Source of the DNA: a virus
Reading direction: 5' to 3' (one strand)
Length of the DNA: 64,000 bases
Virus record (IMG/VR): IMGVR_UViG_3300013103_000005
Span: 1 to 64,000 of that record
Part shown: piece after piece, positions 8,639 through 19,155 of the stretch
Numbering within the stretch: position 1 is the first letter of the stretch
How the letters are laid out: each line of letters begins with the position of its first letter
Position numbers and translations under genes: made by a program
Notes under the pieces: generated by a model
The model's database searches: none
Told to the model about the DNA's origin: nothing
Seen by the model: only the letters and a program-made list of their open reading frames with translations

Positions 8639-9400
8639 ATGCGTAAATTTGTATCTACAAGACCTGGTATTTTAAGAATATTAGATTTAGATTTGATAGT
8701 AAAGAAAGGCGAGGTTTTTGAACTAGACGAAAGGGACGTAGCAGTTTCTTCTAGTTTAAAAAATTGTTTAAAAGCAGGATGGATAAAAGAGATTAAAGAT
8801 AATGAAACTCCTAGAAAAACTATTTCCTCAGATAAAAGCTCTGAAGATAAGCTTGAAGTCGTTGAAGAAAGGATTAAAGAAACGCAAAAAGAAATCCCAA
8901 TTCAAGAAAAGAAAAGAAAGGTAGAAGTAGGAAGACTTAAAAAGCTTAAAGAATTTAAACAACAAAATCCTGGAATAATAGATTCTAGTTTGCCTATTGA
9001 AGAGCAATTAAAACAATATGAAGAATATACAACGGGTGGGAAAGAAATAGTCGTAGAATCCAAACAAGAACAAAAACGAGAGAAAGAAAAACCTAAGAAA
9101 GAAAAGGTTAAGCATAATGTAGCCCCTGAGAGAACTTTACCTTCTAATTGGGATTCATTACACTGGAAAGAAAGGATAAAGTTTTTAAAAGAAAATGGGA
9201 AATCAATCAGCACTAGAGAGCTGGAAGAACTAATTGACGAAAGTTCTCCCGCTGTCAGTGCTGTTATTAAAAGAATATTATTAGATAGAAAGAAAGAACA
9301 ATTAGAATCTAAAGAAGAACTAAAACAAGAAGATGTTGAAGAAAATGGGGATATAGATTTTGAAGAAGAGGATGAGGATTTAGAAGAGATTGAAGTTTAG
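8639..9400 (+). CDS. Hypothetical charged head-region protein
   Basis: SD AAGGAGG; N-terminal domain shared with 2254..2730; acidic tail. Confidence 0.55.
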   Translation: MRKFVSTRPGILRILDLDLIVKKGEVFELDERDVAVSSSLKNCLKAGWIKEIKDNETPRKTISSDKSSEDKLEVVEERIKETQKEIPIQEKKRKVEVGRLKKLKEFKQQNPGIIDSSLPIEEQLKQYEEYTTGGKEIVVESKQEQKREKEKPKKEKVKHNVAPERTLPSNWDSLHWKERIKFLKENGKSISTRELEELIDESSPAVSAVIKRILLDRKKEQLESKEELKQEDVEENGDIDFEEEDEDLEEIEV

Positions 9401-9417
9401 TTAAGGAGGGTGCAACC

Positions 9418-9660
9418 ATGAGCGAATCCAGAAGGTCAGATTTATATTTATCTGCTTTCTTAGTTACAAAAGGAATTAAACTTAAAGGTCTAGTAGAAGA
9501 AGGCGGTAGAAAGTTGTTTGTATTCGATGCTCCAGAAGAAGAAGTACAGAAATTAGAGATAGCTTATTCTAACAGAAATTCAGAAGAGTCTAAAGTATCT
9601 GCCCTTGATTTTGCTGATAATATACGTTCGATGAAACGCTTATGTTATAAAGGAATGTAA
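9418..9660 (+). CDS. Small DUF5659-like protein (putative DNA-binding)
   Basis: SDLYLSAFL..KG.KL......G.K.FVF pattern. Confidence 0.5.
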   Translation: MSESRRSDLYLSAFLVTKGIKLKGLVEEGGRKLFVFDAPEEEVQKLEIAYSNRNSEESKVSALDFADNIRSMKRLCYKGM

Positions 9661-9661
9661 C

Positions 9662-9952
9662 ATGACTCTTCAAGAAATTATAAATAAATTGAAACAATGG
9701 ACACCTGAACAAGGCGTTTTACCTTTAAGAGATTTAGCTTTAGAAATAAGAAATCAAGATATAATTCCTAAGGATATAGAATTAGCAATACAGAGTTTGG
9801 ACGCAGATGAAGAGGAAGAAGCTATTAACCTAGTTCAAAAAGCAATTAAAGATTTAGAAGATATACAATTTACAAGACAACAAAAAATCTTACCAGAAAA
9901 GCATAGATATGGCGAATTTATTTCTCTTTTTATAAGGAAATATCTTAAATGA
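9662..9952 (+). CDS. Hypothetical protein
   Basis: Tightly packed ORF in the operon. Confidence 0.5.
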   Translation: MTLQEIINKLKQWTPEQGVLPLRDLALEIRNQDIIPKDIELAIQSLDADEEEEAINLVQKAIKDLEDIQFTRQQKILPEKHRYGEFISLFIRKYLK

Positions 9953-10863
9953 GTACAAAAACTCATTCGGTAGCAGTAGCTAGAAATTCTCAATTAGGCC
10001 CTGAAGATTTAGATATTTATTTTGAAGTAGGGGGAGTTCCCACTGACCCATTTGAGATATTATTTGATGTTTATGATTTTACTACTGGGACAGAAGTCTT
10101 AATAAATCCTGCAGATAGAACACCTAATAAAATCTCTACAGGGCATTATTATGCTCCTATTTATATTCCTAGCGATGCTCCTTTTGGCGAATATCATATT
10201 AAATGGAAATATAGATTACAACCGGGCGACCCTCAATCTATCGAAACAGATGAATTCTTCGTAGTAGAAGCGACAGGTTTAGACCCCGAATTAACTGATA
10301 CAGAAAAAGAATTAGTAAGACAGTTAAGGGTTTTATTGAGAGATAACAAGCCTGATAAATATTATCATTTTATGCCTCCAACTCACGAAGAAGAAATACA
10401 ATCTTTTACTTCTGAGTATAGGTATATATGGGAAGATAGTCAGCTAGTTGATTGTTTAAATTGGGCTTGTTGGGATTTAAATAATATTCCGCCCCGTAAA
10501 TATACTTTTACCTTAGATTCAATACTAAACGGTAATCCTCATCAAAAAAGGGTTTTGCCTTTATTGTTAGTTCGGGCTGCTTGTTATGCCCTAGATATGT
10601 TAGCGGTCAATTGGACTGCTGACGAGTTTAGTTATAGTATCAACGGGATTAGTTTAGATTTAGATAAATCTTCTGCTTATAGGGATATGAAAGATGCTTT
10701 TAATTCTCAGTATAGAGAAATGGTAGAAGATTATCAAAGAACAGTGAAGATAATAAAAGGTCTCAGACCAAGTTATTATACAGTTGGGTTTGGATTATCG
10801 GGCGCTGCTATGTTAGGACCTAGAACATCGGGAAGGAATATTAGGAATTATATAAGGAGATAA
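9949..10863 (+). CDS. Probable head-tail adaptor/neck protein with Ig-like N-terminal domain
   Basis: Follows the capsid genes; C-terminal FSYSINGISLDLD motif typical of adaptors. Confidence 0.5.
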   Translation: MSTKTHSVAVARNSQLGPEDLDIYFEVGGVPTDPFEILFDVYDFTTGTEVLINPADRTPNKISTGHYYAPIYIPSDAPFGEYHIKWKYRLQPGDPQSIETDEFFVVEATGLDPELTDTEKELVRQLRVLLRDNKPDKYYHFMPPTHEEEIQSFTSEYRYIWEDSQLVDCLNWACWDLNNIPPRKYTFTLDSILNGNPHQKRVLPLLLVRAACYALDMLAVNWTADEFSYSINGISLDLDKSSAYRDMKDAFNSQYREMVEDYQRTVKIIKGLRPSYYTVGFGLSGAAMLGPRTSGRNIRNYIRR

Positions 10864-10883
10864 AGTTTAACGCATTAAACTTT
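10862..10883. repeat. Palindrome copy 3 (CGCA), plus an extra half-site GTTAAACT at 10890-10897
   Basis: Direct read. Confidence 0.95.
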
Positions 10884-10897
10884 AACGAGGTTAAACT

Positions 10898-11965
10898 ATG
10901 GAATACGAAAAGATAATAACAAACTTTCCAGGTGGTGGTCAGAATCACGAAAATGATTCTGGTCTCGAAAAAGATGAACTAGATGCTGATTTGTTTAATG
11001 AATATGAAAGAGTAATGCAAAAGTTAGTAGATAATTCTCAAGTATCTTATACTCCTCACGGATACTGGGGATTATCTACCTTAAATTCTACAACAGGGAG
11101 AACGATAAAGCATTTTAAGAACTTGTCTTATTATTCTGTTGAAGTTATCGTATTAGGTAACTCTACTTCGGTTGGAAATATAACCGTGGACACTTCCGAC
11201 CCTAATCAATTTACAGTTTATAATTCAGGAACAGACAATACTAGTAATTTTATATGGATAATAAAAGAATTACCTAGATTTACAGGATATTATGTAGTTT
11301 CTTCTGCGTTTAGTAACCCAAAAATAAATTTAATCCACGATTATCCTTTAGATAGTGTTCATATTTCTAGTTTTATACCAAAACAACAACCTAATAATTC
11401 TTTGCAGGACAAATATGTTATCCCACATCAAATATATGACGAATTAAAAGTAACAGGGAGTTTTGATAATCAACCCATAGATATTTTCTTTACAGGATTA
11501 GGTAAAGATGAAGCTTCTGGGACTAATAATTTTAATTCTACAACAGGGGTTACAATATCTCATTCGTTAGGAACTAGTGATTTAGATATTTTAATAGTTC
11601 CTATTGAAGACCCGTCTCCAGATACAATTGGAGATATTTGGGTAGAAATAACAAATACAGATTTTACAGTTTATAATTCAGGGAGTGCTACGACTCAATT
11701 CTTCTGGGTAATATTATCTACAAATCCTGATGATTATTTTATGAGGGGAAATTCTACATTCAATCCAGGTGCTGGTAACGGGGTAACGATAAACCATAAT
11801 ATCGGACATTTAAATTACTTTGTTATAGTAATCCCAACTCAAGATACTGGCGGTAATTTAGGCGATGTTTGGATAGAAAAGACAGAAACAGATGTAATAA
11901 TCAAAAATAATGGAACTGCAAATACTAGCTTTAACTATAGGATAGTTTTACCTGACGAAGTTTAA
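10898..11965 (+). CDS. Virion accessory protein with three internal beta-repeats
   Basis: Three copies of NSTTG.TI.H......G.I.V.....FTVYNSG.....F.W.I. Confidence 0.55.
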   Translation: MEYEKIITNFPGGGQNHENDSGLEKDELDADLFNEYERVMQKLVDNSQVSYTPHGYWGLSTLNSTTGRTIKHFKNLSYYSVEVIVLGNSTSVGNITVDTSDPNQFTVYNSGTDNTSNFIWIIKELPRFTGYYVVSSAFSNPKINLIHDYPLDSVHISSFIPKQQPNNSLQDKYVIPHQIYDELKVTGSFDNQPIDIFFTGLGKDEASGTNNFNSTTGVTISHSLGTSDLDILIVPIEDPSPDTIGDIWVEITNTDFTVYNSGSATTQFFWVILSTNPDDYFMRGNSTFNPGAGNGVTINHNIGHLNYFVIVIPTQDTGGNLGDVWIEKTETDVIIKNNGTANTSFNYRIVLPDEV

Positions 11966-11978
11966 CGCGTTAAACTTT
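11957..11978. repeat. Palindrome copy 4 (CGCG)
   Basis: GAAGTTTAACGCGTTAAACTTT; contains the stop codon. Confidence 0.95.
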
Positions 11979-11986
11979 TTGAAGAT

Positions 11987-13282
11987 ATGACTAAACAAAT
12001 ATCAGAATTAAAATCTCCTCGTAATGTTTTTGTATTATCTACTTATTTTAGAGATGCTTTGGATATAAGATGGGATAATCCAGCCTTAATACCCGAAAAT
12101 TATGCTTTCGATATAGCTGGATGTAATATATACAGGTCTAACGATAACCCAGAAGGGCCTTATGTTAGATTAAACGATACTCCAATAACTGCTTTATCTT
12201 ATAGAGATTCTTTAAAAAATATTAGGATTACAGAACGAATACCTACAGGTAAAATAACTTATGGAACAACTCCGACTTGCGATTATATAATTCAAGTAAG
12301 CAATTATCCAATCGTTAGACCTGGAACAATTGACGAACACGATTTTAATACAGATGTAACTACTGTAAAAGTTATAATAGATGGTTATGAAGTAACTCCT
12401 ATTAAATTAGATGGACCGGAAGGAAAGATTTATTTAGATAGATATAAATGGTTTGATGTACAAACTAACAAATGGATAAATCCTATTTTACCAACTAAAA
12501 AAACGGTTATTCAGATAGGCGAAAATATTTATATAAGTCCAAGTAATTTTATAGGCCAATCTCAAGGTAAAGATTCTGTAGTAGAAGTTAGTTATAATTA
12601 CATTTCTCATATTGTAAGAACTAATCTAGATAAAAGACTTTATTATAAAGTTACAACTGTTACGACTGACGGTTATGAATCCAGGTTAGAAGAAACTGAA
12701 CCTCACTCTGTAAGGGAGATTGAGAGATTAGATTATATATGGAAAGAAGCTATTAGAAGAAACAGATGGATTTTACAACAAGCAGGGCATAGAGTAAAAT
12801 TATATTTTAGGCCTTGGTTTGGTGAACGTTGCGAATGTTGGGAAGAAAGAGGAAGAAATCAAGCAAGATTAGATTGTAAAATTTGTTATGGTACTGGATT
12901 TAAAAGCGGGTATTTAGGGCCGATTGATATTTTAATAGCTCCACCTGATACAGAAAAGAATTTAGAATTAACTGATTTAGGTTTATCTTTAAATTGGGTA
13001 ATATCTACTTGGACAGGGCCGACTCCAGAAATAAATCAAAGAGATTTAATTATAGATAAAGACAATAGAAGATTTACAATCGGACCTGTAAATAAAAAAT
13101 CTTGTAGGGGAATGATTTTGCAACAACATTTTGATATTAGTTTATTAGATGAGACTGATATTAGATATGAAATACCAGTTACAGGATTAGAAGCTTTACA
13201 TTATATAACTGAAAAGCCTAATATAGATGATAAGAAAGAGATAAGAGGAAGGACTAAAGTTTTTGAGGATATTATTTACTAA
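11987..13282 (+). CDS. Probable neck/head-closure protein (FN3-like plus CxC..CxxCxGxG)
   Basis: P.NV....W....G.NIYRS; RCECW...CKICYGTGF. Confidence 0.5.
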   Translation: MTKQISELKSPRNVFVLSTYFRDALDIRWDNPALIPENYAFDIAGCNIYRSNDNPEGPYVRLNDTPITALSYRDSLKNIRITERIPTGKITYGTTPTCDYIIQVSNYPIVRPGTIDEHDFNTDVTTVKVIIDGYEVTPIKLDGPEGKIYLDRYKWFDVQTNKWINPILPTKKTVIQIGENIYISPSNFIGQSQGKDSVVEVSYNYISHIVRTNLDKRLYYKVTTVTTDGYESRLEETEPHSVREIERLDYIWKEAIRRNRWILQQAGHRVKLYFRPWFGERCECWEERGRNQARLDCKICYGTGFKSGYLGPIDILIAPPDTEKNLELTDLGLSLNWVISTWTGPTPEINQRDLIIDKDNRRFTIGPVNKKSCRGMILQQHFDISLLDETDIRYEIPVTGLEALHYITEKPNIDDKKEIRGRTKVFEDIIY

Positions 13283-13635
13283 TGGAAGATTTTTTATACC
13301 ATTATAAAGCATTTGTTACAAGAGTAATTGATGGTGATACTTTTGAATGTGAATTAGATTTAGGTTTTAAAATAAAGAAATCTAAAGTAAGAGTTAGATT
13401 ATTAGGTGTTAATACCCCTGAGTTACATTCTAAAGACGCAGAAGAAAAGAAGGAAGCTTATAGAGCCAAGGAATTTACTAAACAGGAAATAGATAAAAAA
13501 GAAGTAATAATTAAATCAAATAAAGTAGATGCTTTTGGAAGATGTTTAGCAATAGTCTATTATAAACAAGGTGATGATTGGATAAATCTAAATTCGCTCT
13601 TATTAAAGAAGAGACTAGCTAAGGTATACAAATAA
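13282..13635 (+). CDS. Thermonuclease (SNase-like)
   Basis: RVIDGDT, VRLLGVNTPE and DAFGRCLA motifs. Confidence 0.85.
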   Translation: MEDFLYHYKAFVTRVIDGDTFECELDLGFKIKKSKVRVRLLGVNTPELHSKDAEEKKEAYRAKEFTKQEIDKKEVIIKSNKVDAFGRCLAIVYYKQGDDWINLNSLLLKKRLAKVYK

Positions 13636-14141
13636 TGTTAAAAATCTCTATATCCCCAAAGAAAGTAAATCTACCTAAGTGGATTAGGAGAGAAGAATAT
13701 TTTCCTATACTTTTAAATAAAATAGCTAAAACAGGAAGACAAGCGATAAGGAAAAGAATTTTAAATTCTGCTTGGAAATCTCCTAGGGCTGCTAAATCAA
13801 TAGCTAGGGATTTACACGTTCTTAAAAAGAAGAGGGTAGTTAGTTTTTACTTTACTAAACCTTATGTAATTTACCATGAATATGGTGTTAAACGGCAAAA
13901 GATGAGATGGCTGGTAGGGATAAGTAAAGTAATCCCTATCAGAAGAAATAATGAAATTATATTTAGATGGGCTCCAAAGACTTTAAAGGACGCTTGGGTA
14001 CATCCTGGATTAAAAGCTAAACACTTTTTTAGAAAAGGAATTGAAGATTTAAAGAAGAAATTTAAGTCAATTACCAATAGAACGCTAAAAAAGTTTATTG
14101 CTAAATATAAAAAGACAACTCCTCCAAAGATGCCATTTTAG
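13635..14141 (+). CDS. Probable tail-completion/neck protein
   Basis: Basic; Y..YHEYG and HPG.KAKHFFRKG motifs (HK97 gp10-like). Confidence 0.5.
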   Translation: MLKISISPKKVNLPKWIRREEYFPILLNKIAKTGRQAIRKRILNSAWKSPRAAKSIARDLHVLKKKRVVSFYFTKPYVIYHEYGVKRQKMRWLVGISKVIPIRRNNEIIFRWAPKTLKDAWVHPGLKAKHFFRKGIEDLKKKFKSITNRTLKKFIAKYKKTTPPKMPF

Positions 14142-14155
14142 AAAGGAGTTTATTT

Positions 14156-14413
14156 ATGAAGAAAGTTTCAATAAGGCCATCTGAAGCAGAAGTATTAGAT
14201 TTCCTTAAGAGAAGACTTGGTTATGATTTTATTGAGATTAAAGAAGAGTTTGAAGATTTAGTTAAAACAGTTTTAATGGATTTAGAGTATTTAAACTCCT
14301 GGATTGAAAGAGGAGATATAGATAAAACTTCCCAAGCTATGTTTGATTTAAAACGTTCTGTTATGCGTTTGATGAATTATACTGATTTTTTAAATAAGAT
14401 TAAGAAGTTCTAG
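14156..14413 (+). CDS. Hypothetical protein
   Basis: SD AAAGGAG. Confidence 0.5.
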   Translation: MKKVSIRPSEAEVLDFLKRRLGYDFIEIKEEFEDLVKTVLMDLEYLNSWIERGDIDKTSQAMFDLKRSVMRLMNYTDFLNKIKKF

Positions 14414-14415
14414 CT

Positions 14416-15594
14416 ATGTATTATATTCTTACAAGACAATTAAAAAATATAATCAAAGACACTTTAAGGGAATGTTTTGATACTCATCCTAAATACAAAG
14501 AAATAGATGTTCAAACTTCTTATGTATTTAAAGAACGTCCTTCTTATGCAATAGTAGTAAACTCTACAGGAACAAGTTTTACAAAGTTATCAGCCGACCA
14601 ACAAGTAGGACATTTATATAGTTATGCAATTTTAGCTAGAATTTTAGGCAAACCCTGTACCTCGATAGAATGGATAAAAGAAGATAAACAATATTTAGAC
14701 GAAGGGGGAGAAATAGCTCCTGCTGGTAAATATTTTATAGAGATAATCTCTGATAAAGAATTTGAATTAAATATACAATATAAAGTTTTTAATGAAGTAA
14801 TTATAGAAAATGCTCAAGGCGGGGAATATATATTTCAATTACAACATAAAAATGTAGTGCCTGGTACTTTATCTATGGAAGCCGAAGACCCGTTTACAGT
14901 ATTCGAGGAAGATAAATTTGAAGTAGATTATGAAGAAGGGATTATTAGATGGACAGAACCGGGTGGTATTCCCGAAGGTTGGACGATAAGGGTTACTTAT
15001 GAATATTTGGACCCTAATAGCCCTAAGATTTTCAATTATGAACCTCTTCACTATAACAACGAAGCAATACCGGGAATTATATTAGCCTTTGGAGATAGAA
15101 TTCATATAGGGGATAAGCAAGTAGTTATAGTTCAGGAACAAAGGTCAATAAGTCATTATTTGCTAGGTGGGAAATCTAATATTGATATTGATTGCGAAAT
15201 AGTTGCTCAAGACTTATCTTCTTTAGAAGAAATAACAGATTTAGCAACGATGTATTTATGGGGATTAAAAAGAGATGATTTATATAGGGAGTATGGAGTT
15301 TTTATAGATGATATTTCAATAGGTGGAGAATCAGCTGAAGTTAGAGACGATACTGCGGGAGAATTAGAATATAGAAATACAGTTTCATTAAGTTGTATTT
15401 GCGATTGGGAAATAGCCTTTCCTTTACCTAGAGTATTATCGGTAATATGGCCATATACAAGACTTGATGGTCCTGATATTAAGGAAGATGATTTACCAAA
15501 TTACACCCCGACAAGAGCAAGTACTTTAGAAGTTACGACTTCTTTTGAGCCTTTTATATTTGGATTTTCTTATAGTGGTGAAAGGATAATATGA
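14416..15594 (+). CDS. Probable tail terminator/completion protein
   Basis: Upstream of the sheath gene; contains an Ig-like insertion (VDYEEGII). Confidence 0.45.
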   Translation: MYYILTRQLKNIIKDTLRECFDTHPKYKEIDVQTSYVFKERPSYAIVVNSTGTSFTKLSADQQVGHLYSYAILARILGKPCTSIEWIKEDKQYLDEGGEIAPAGKYFIEIISDKEFELNIQYKVFNEVIIENAQGGEYIFQLQHKNVVPGTLSMEAEDPFTVFEEDKFEVDYEEGIIRWTEPGGIPEGWTIRVTYEYLDPNSPKIFNYEPLHYNNEAIPGIILAFGDRIHIGDKQVVIVQEQRSISHYLLGGKSNIDIDCEIVAQDLSSLEEITDLATMYLWGLKRDDLYREYGVFIDDISIGGESAEVRDDTAGELEYRNTVSLSCICDWEIAFPLPRVLSVIWPYTRLDGPDIKEDDLPNYTPTRASTLEVTTSFEPFIFGFSYSGERII

Positions 15595-15614
15595 AGTTTA
15601 ACGCATTAAACTTA
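15593..15614. repeat. Palindrome copy 5 (CGCA)
   Basis: GAAGTTTAACGCATTAAACTTA. Confidence 0.95.
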
Positions 15615-15630
15615 TCAGGAGATTTAGATT

Positions 15631-15960
15631 ATGCCTTTATTAGAATTTGAATGTAAGAATGAAAATTGCCCAACAAAAATTTTTGAAAAACTAGTAAATG
15701 ATAGGAACACTAAATCCACCTCTTGTCCCAATTGTGGAAGCAGATGTTATAGAGTCGTAGCTTCCCTATTTGGGATAGGAACACAAAATCAATATCAAAA
15801 CATTGATAGGATTGTAGGACAAGATGCAGAAAGAAAATGGAAATTATATTACGAAAGGAAAGAACAAAGAGAAAAGTTAATCAAAGAAGGGGTTTTAAAA
15901 CGACCCAAAAAAGTTTATGTTAGTTCTGTAAAAGATAACTCATTTATGAACCCTGGTTAA
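15631..15960 (+). CDS. FmdB-like Zn-ribbon protein
   Basis: MPLLEFEC...C...FE......CPNCG. Confidence 0.7.
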   Translation: MPLLEFECKNENCPTKIFEKLVNDRNTKSTSCPNCGSRCYRVVASLFGIGTQNQYQNIDRIVGQDAERKWKLYYERKEQREKLIKEGVLKRPKKVYVSSVKDNSFMNPG

Positions 15961-15975
15961 TAGGAGGTGGATATT

Positions 15976-18747
15976 ATGGGAAACGGTCCTTTTACAAGTT
16001 ACGTAGGTCCAAATGTATTTACAAGAACTAAAACAGAAAGAACTTTACCTTCCCTATTAGCGGGTGTTAGGTTACCTTGCCTTGTAGGCCCGAGTAGGGA
16101 GTATAATGAAGCTAAGAATGTAGAAATTGTAAGAGGTAGTTCAGGAAGAGTTGATATATTAAGAGTTGGTGAGAATGTAAGTTCTCAACTAACAGGTACA
16201 AATAGAAACTTCTTTGTAACTCATACTCCTATCGTTACTGGAGAAGGAATAGGCGAGACTACTTATGACCCAAATGATGTTAAAGTTACTGTTAACGGCG
16301 AACAAGTTTCTGTTTTATCTGTAAATGGTGAAACTGGAGAGATAACTTTAGTAGAAGCTCCTAAAGCAACAGATATAGTTTTAGTAGATTATTACTTTAA
16401 CAGAAAAGATACTTTAGTTACAGATGAAGATATAAGCAATCAAGCTGATGGAAGTAATAAAATATTCTATGTGGCTCATAGACCTATTGTAGATGGTACC
16501 GACAATGGAATCATAACTAATAATCCAAATAAAGTAACGGTTAAGGTTAATGGAAGTCCCGTAACAGTTGAAGAAGTTGTAGGTGAAGATGGTAAAGTAG
16601 TGTTAAAAGATGCTCCTGGTGCAAGCGATACAGTAACAATTACTTATTACTACAACACTTGGAGGGAGACATTTGATTATTTACCTGACAAGAATGTGAG
16701 TGAAATTCTTAAGGTTGGAGATTCTCCTGGAAGAGCAGATTACAGTGCCAAAGAAGATTTTGTATTACTCGTAAACGAAGATGGTGTTTCTACTTTACAT
16801 TGGGGAAATACAACAAAACTTACAATCAAATCTCATACAGATGGAAAAGAATATCTAGACGAAACCCAAATAACTGCTACTCCTGTAGGTGAGAAAATTT
16901 ATATGGAGGTTGCTAGTGGTGCGGTTGATGGTGTTAATAAAGAGTTTACAGTTTCTAATGTAATAACAGAAGGAAATGGGACGGGTAAACCTACAAATGA
17001 CCCTGCTCTCGTTCAAGTTTACGTAGGAACAACAGTATCAGGAGCAATCAGTGCGGGTCAAGTAGACCTTGCTTATATTAAAGGCGATGAAAAGAAAATA
17101 GTATTAAAGAATGCTCCTGTAGCAGGTAATGTTTATGTTAATTACTGGACTTCTAGATTTGGTGACGGTGATTATGATATAGAAGTGGTAACAGAAGGCG
17201 GCCCTGGGGTTGGTGAATATAAAATAACTCCACTTCAAGCAGATTTTGTATCCAGTATAGAAGAAGGAACCCATAATGTAACAGACCCTGATTTTGCTAC
17301 TGAAGGGATAAGATTCCTAACACAACCAAGAACAATGCCTGGATATTCTGTATCCGAGACTATCACCTTAACTTTTACTAACGACCACGAATTTACCGTA
17401 TCTTCTGATAAAGGCGCAGATGGTTCTAGCGGAAGTGGAGAATTAGGAAGAACTTATTTTGATAACAAGACAGGAGTAAGATTTACAATCGACTTTGGCG
17501 TTAATGTAGATTATCAAGCAGGAGATACCTTACAATTTGTAGTAACTCAAAATCCTACTTTCAAAGCAGGAGCATCTATTAACAGATGTATTCCTTCCCT
17601 TAATCTTGTAGTTAGTGATTTGACTAATACAGGTGTAGGTGACGTTACTACTTTAAGCCTGTATGAGAAATCTGGTAAAGAACCTAATGTAGGTGATTTT
17701 TATTATGTAGATTACAAGTATGATAAGAGCGAAGATGATTTTAAAGCAAAAGTATTCTTCAGAGAAGATTTAGACGAAATATTTGCAATTTATGGTGAAG
17801 TTTCTGTAGATAATAAACTTTCTTTAGGTGCTTGGTTAGCTATAAATAACGGTGCTCCGGGAATAATTCTTAAACAAGTTCCTAGAGCAGAAGGTTCTAA
17901 TGAGCCAGCTTACCAATCTTGGGAAGAAGCATTATTAGAGTTAGAAAAACCTGTAGAAGGTAATTACAGACCCAAAGTACTCGTTCCTTTAACAACCGAT
18001 GACGATGTTATAGCTTTGTTTAAGAAACATTGCGAAAGACAATCTTCAATGAGATATAGACAAGAAAGGATATGCTTCTTTGGGTTTCCTGTAGGAACAG
18101 ATTATAAAACAGTTAGAGAAAAGGTGGAAGGAACATTCCGTTCAGAAAGAATGACTGCTCTTTATCCTGACGGGGCTATTTTAGGAATAGTTGATGAGTA
18201 TGGAAATGAAGTAGAGCATATTGTAGATGGTAGTTTTCTAGCCTGCGCTTATGCTGGGGTAGATACAAATCCTGCTTACACTGTAGCAGACCCGAATACA
18301 AGAAGACAAATCGTAGGATTTAAGAGATTTACTAGAACATTATCAGAAGTTGAGATGGACGAAGTAGCTGCAGTTGGGGTAACTGTTATAGAAGACTTAG
18401 ACCCGGTTATGAGAGTAAGACACGCAAGAACAACAAGAGCAGATGACCCATTATTAGTAGAACAAAACATCGTAGAAATAGCAGATTTAGTACAAGAACT
18501 TACAAGAATTAACCTTGATAGATTTATTGGTATTAAATACTTACCTAAAGTTAATGAAGAAATATCTGCTACAGTTTCTGCTATGTTTGATAGACTTATT
18601 CAAGCTGAATACATTACAGATTATCGTAATGTAAAAGTAGAAACCGACCCGAATGCTCCAGACATAGCAAGGGTATCTGCAGAATATAGGCCAGTATTTG
18701 CATTGAACTGGATTGTAGTAACTTATACTTTAAGAGCTAGATTATAA
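15976..18747 (+). CDS. Contractile tail sheath protein with inserted beta-domains
   Basis: Y.GP.VFTR N-terminus; sheath C-terminus (ERICFFG, RFIG, YRPVFALNWIVVT); three repeated inserted domains. ATG 15976 follows GGAGG. Confidence 0.85.
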   Translation: MGNGPFTSYVGPNVFTRTKTERTLPSLLAGVRLPCLVGPSREYNEAKNVEIVRGSSGRVDILRVGENVSSQLTGTNRNFFVTHTPIVTGEGIGETTYDPNDVKVTVNGEQVSVLSVNGETGEITLVEAPKATDIVLVDYYFNRKDTLVTDEDISNQADGSNKIFYVAHRPIVDGTDNGIITNNPNKVTVKVNGSPVTVEEVVGEDGKVVLKDAPGASDTVTITYYYNTWRETFDYLPDKNVSEILKVGDSPGRADYSAKEDFVLLVNEDGVSTLHWGNTTKLTIKSHTDGKEYLDETQITATPVGEKIYMEVASGAVDGVNKEFTVSNVITEGNGTGKPTNDPALVQVYVGTTVSGAISAGQVDLAYIKGDEKKIVLKNAPVAGNVYVNYWTSRFGDGDYDIEVVTEGGPGVGEYKITPLQADFVSSIEEGTHNVTDPDFATEGIRFLTQPRTMPGYSVSETITLTFTNDHEFTVSSDKGADGSSGSGELGRTYFDNKTGVRFTIDFGVNVDYQAGDTLQFVVTQNPTFKAGASINRCIPSLNLVVSDLTNTGVGDVTTLSLYEKSGKEPNVGDFYYVDYKYDKSEDDFKAKVFFREDLDEIFAIYGEVSVDNKLSLGAWLAINNGAPGIILKQVPRAEGSNEPAYQSWEEALLELEKPVEGNYRPKVLVPLTTDDDVIALFKKHCERQSSMRYRQERICFFGFPVGTDYKTVREKVEGTFRSERMTALYPDGAILGIVDEYGNEVEHIVDGSFLACAYAGVDTNPAYTVADPNTRRQIVGFKRFTRTLSEVEMDEVAAVGVTVIEDLDPVMRVRHARTTRADDPLLVEQNIVEIADLVQELTRINLDRFIGIKYLPKVNEEISATVSAMFDRLIQAEYITDYRNVKVETDPNAPDIARVSAEYRPVFALNWIVVTYTLRARL

Positions 18748-18757
18748 TTTGAAGTCT

Positions 18758-18789
18758 AAGAAGGCAGAGTTTATTCTCTGCCTTCTTTT
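18758..18789 (+). terminator. Intrinsic terminator after the sheath gene
   Basis: AAGAAGGCAGAG/CTCTGCCTTCTT stem with T-tail. Confidence 0.75.
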
Positions 18790-18811
18790 AAAGTTTAACC
18801 TATTAAACTTC
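18790..18811. repeat. Palindrome copy 6 (degenerate, centre CCTA)
   Basis: AAAGTTTAACCTATTAAACTTC. Confidence 0.85.
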
Positions 18812-18831
18812 TTTAATCAGGGGAGTTCCAA

Positions 18832-19095
18832 ATGAAGCTAGTTAAAATAACAGAGGATAAGTATAAATACGAATTTATTGACAGAATAAACAAACGAACA
18901 GCCGAAATGAGAAATTCATTACAAATTTCTTTTATAAATTGGAAAAACGAGCTTCAAAATTATGAAAGGAAGTTTGGTCCTTTGCCCCAAGAGGTTATAA
19001 AGGCTGTAAATAAGATTGAAAAGGATACAGAAAGACTTTTAAGAAAGCTCAACGAATTTTATAAAGCAACAGAATTCGGTACCTTTTCTTTTTAG
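18832..19095 (+). CDS. Hypothetical helical protein
   Basis: SD GGGGAG; begins MKLVKIT. Confidence 0.55.
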   Translation: MKLVKITEDKYKYEFIDRINKRTAEMRNSLQISFINWKNELQNYERKFGPLPQEVIKAVNKIEKDTERLLRKLNEFYKATEFGTFSF

Positions 19096-19121
19096 TTTGT
19101 TTTAGTAACGAAGTCAAGTTT

Positions 19122-19143
19122 GAACTTTAACGTGTTAAACTTT
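19122..19143. repeat. Palindrome copy 7 (degenerate, centre CGTG)
   Basis: GAACTTTAACGTGTTAAACTTT. Confidence 0.8.
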
Positions 19144-19155
19144 GAAGAGGTTATA

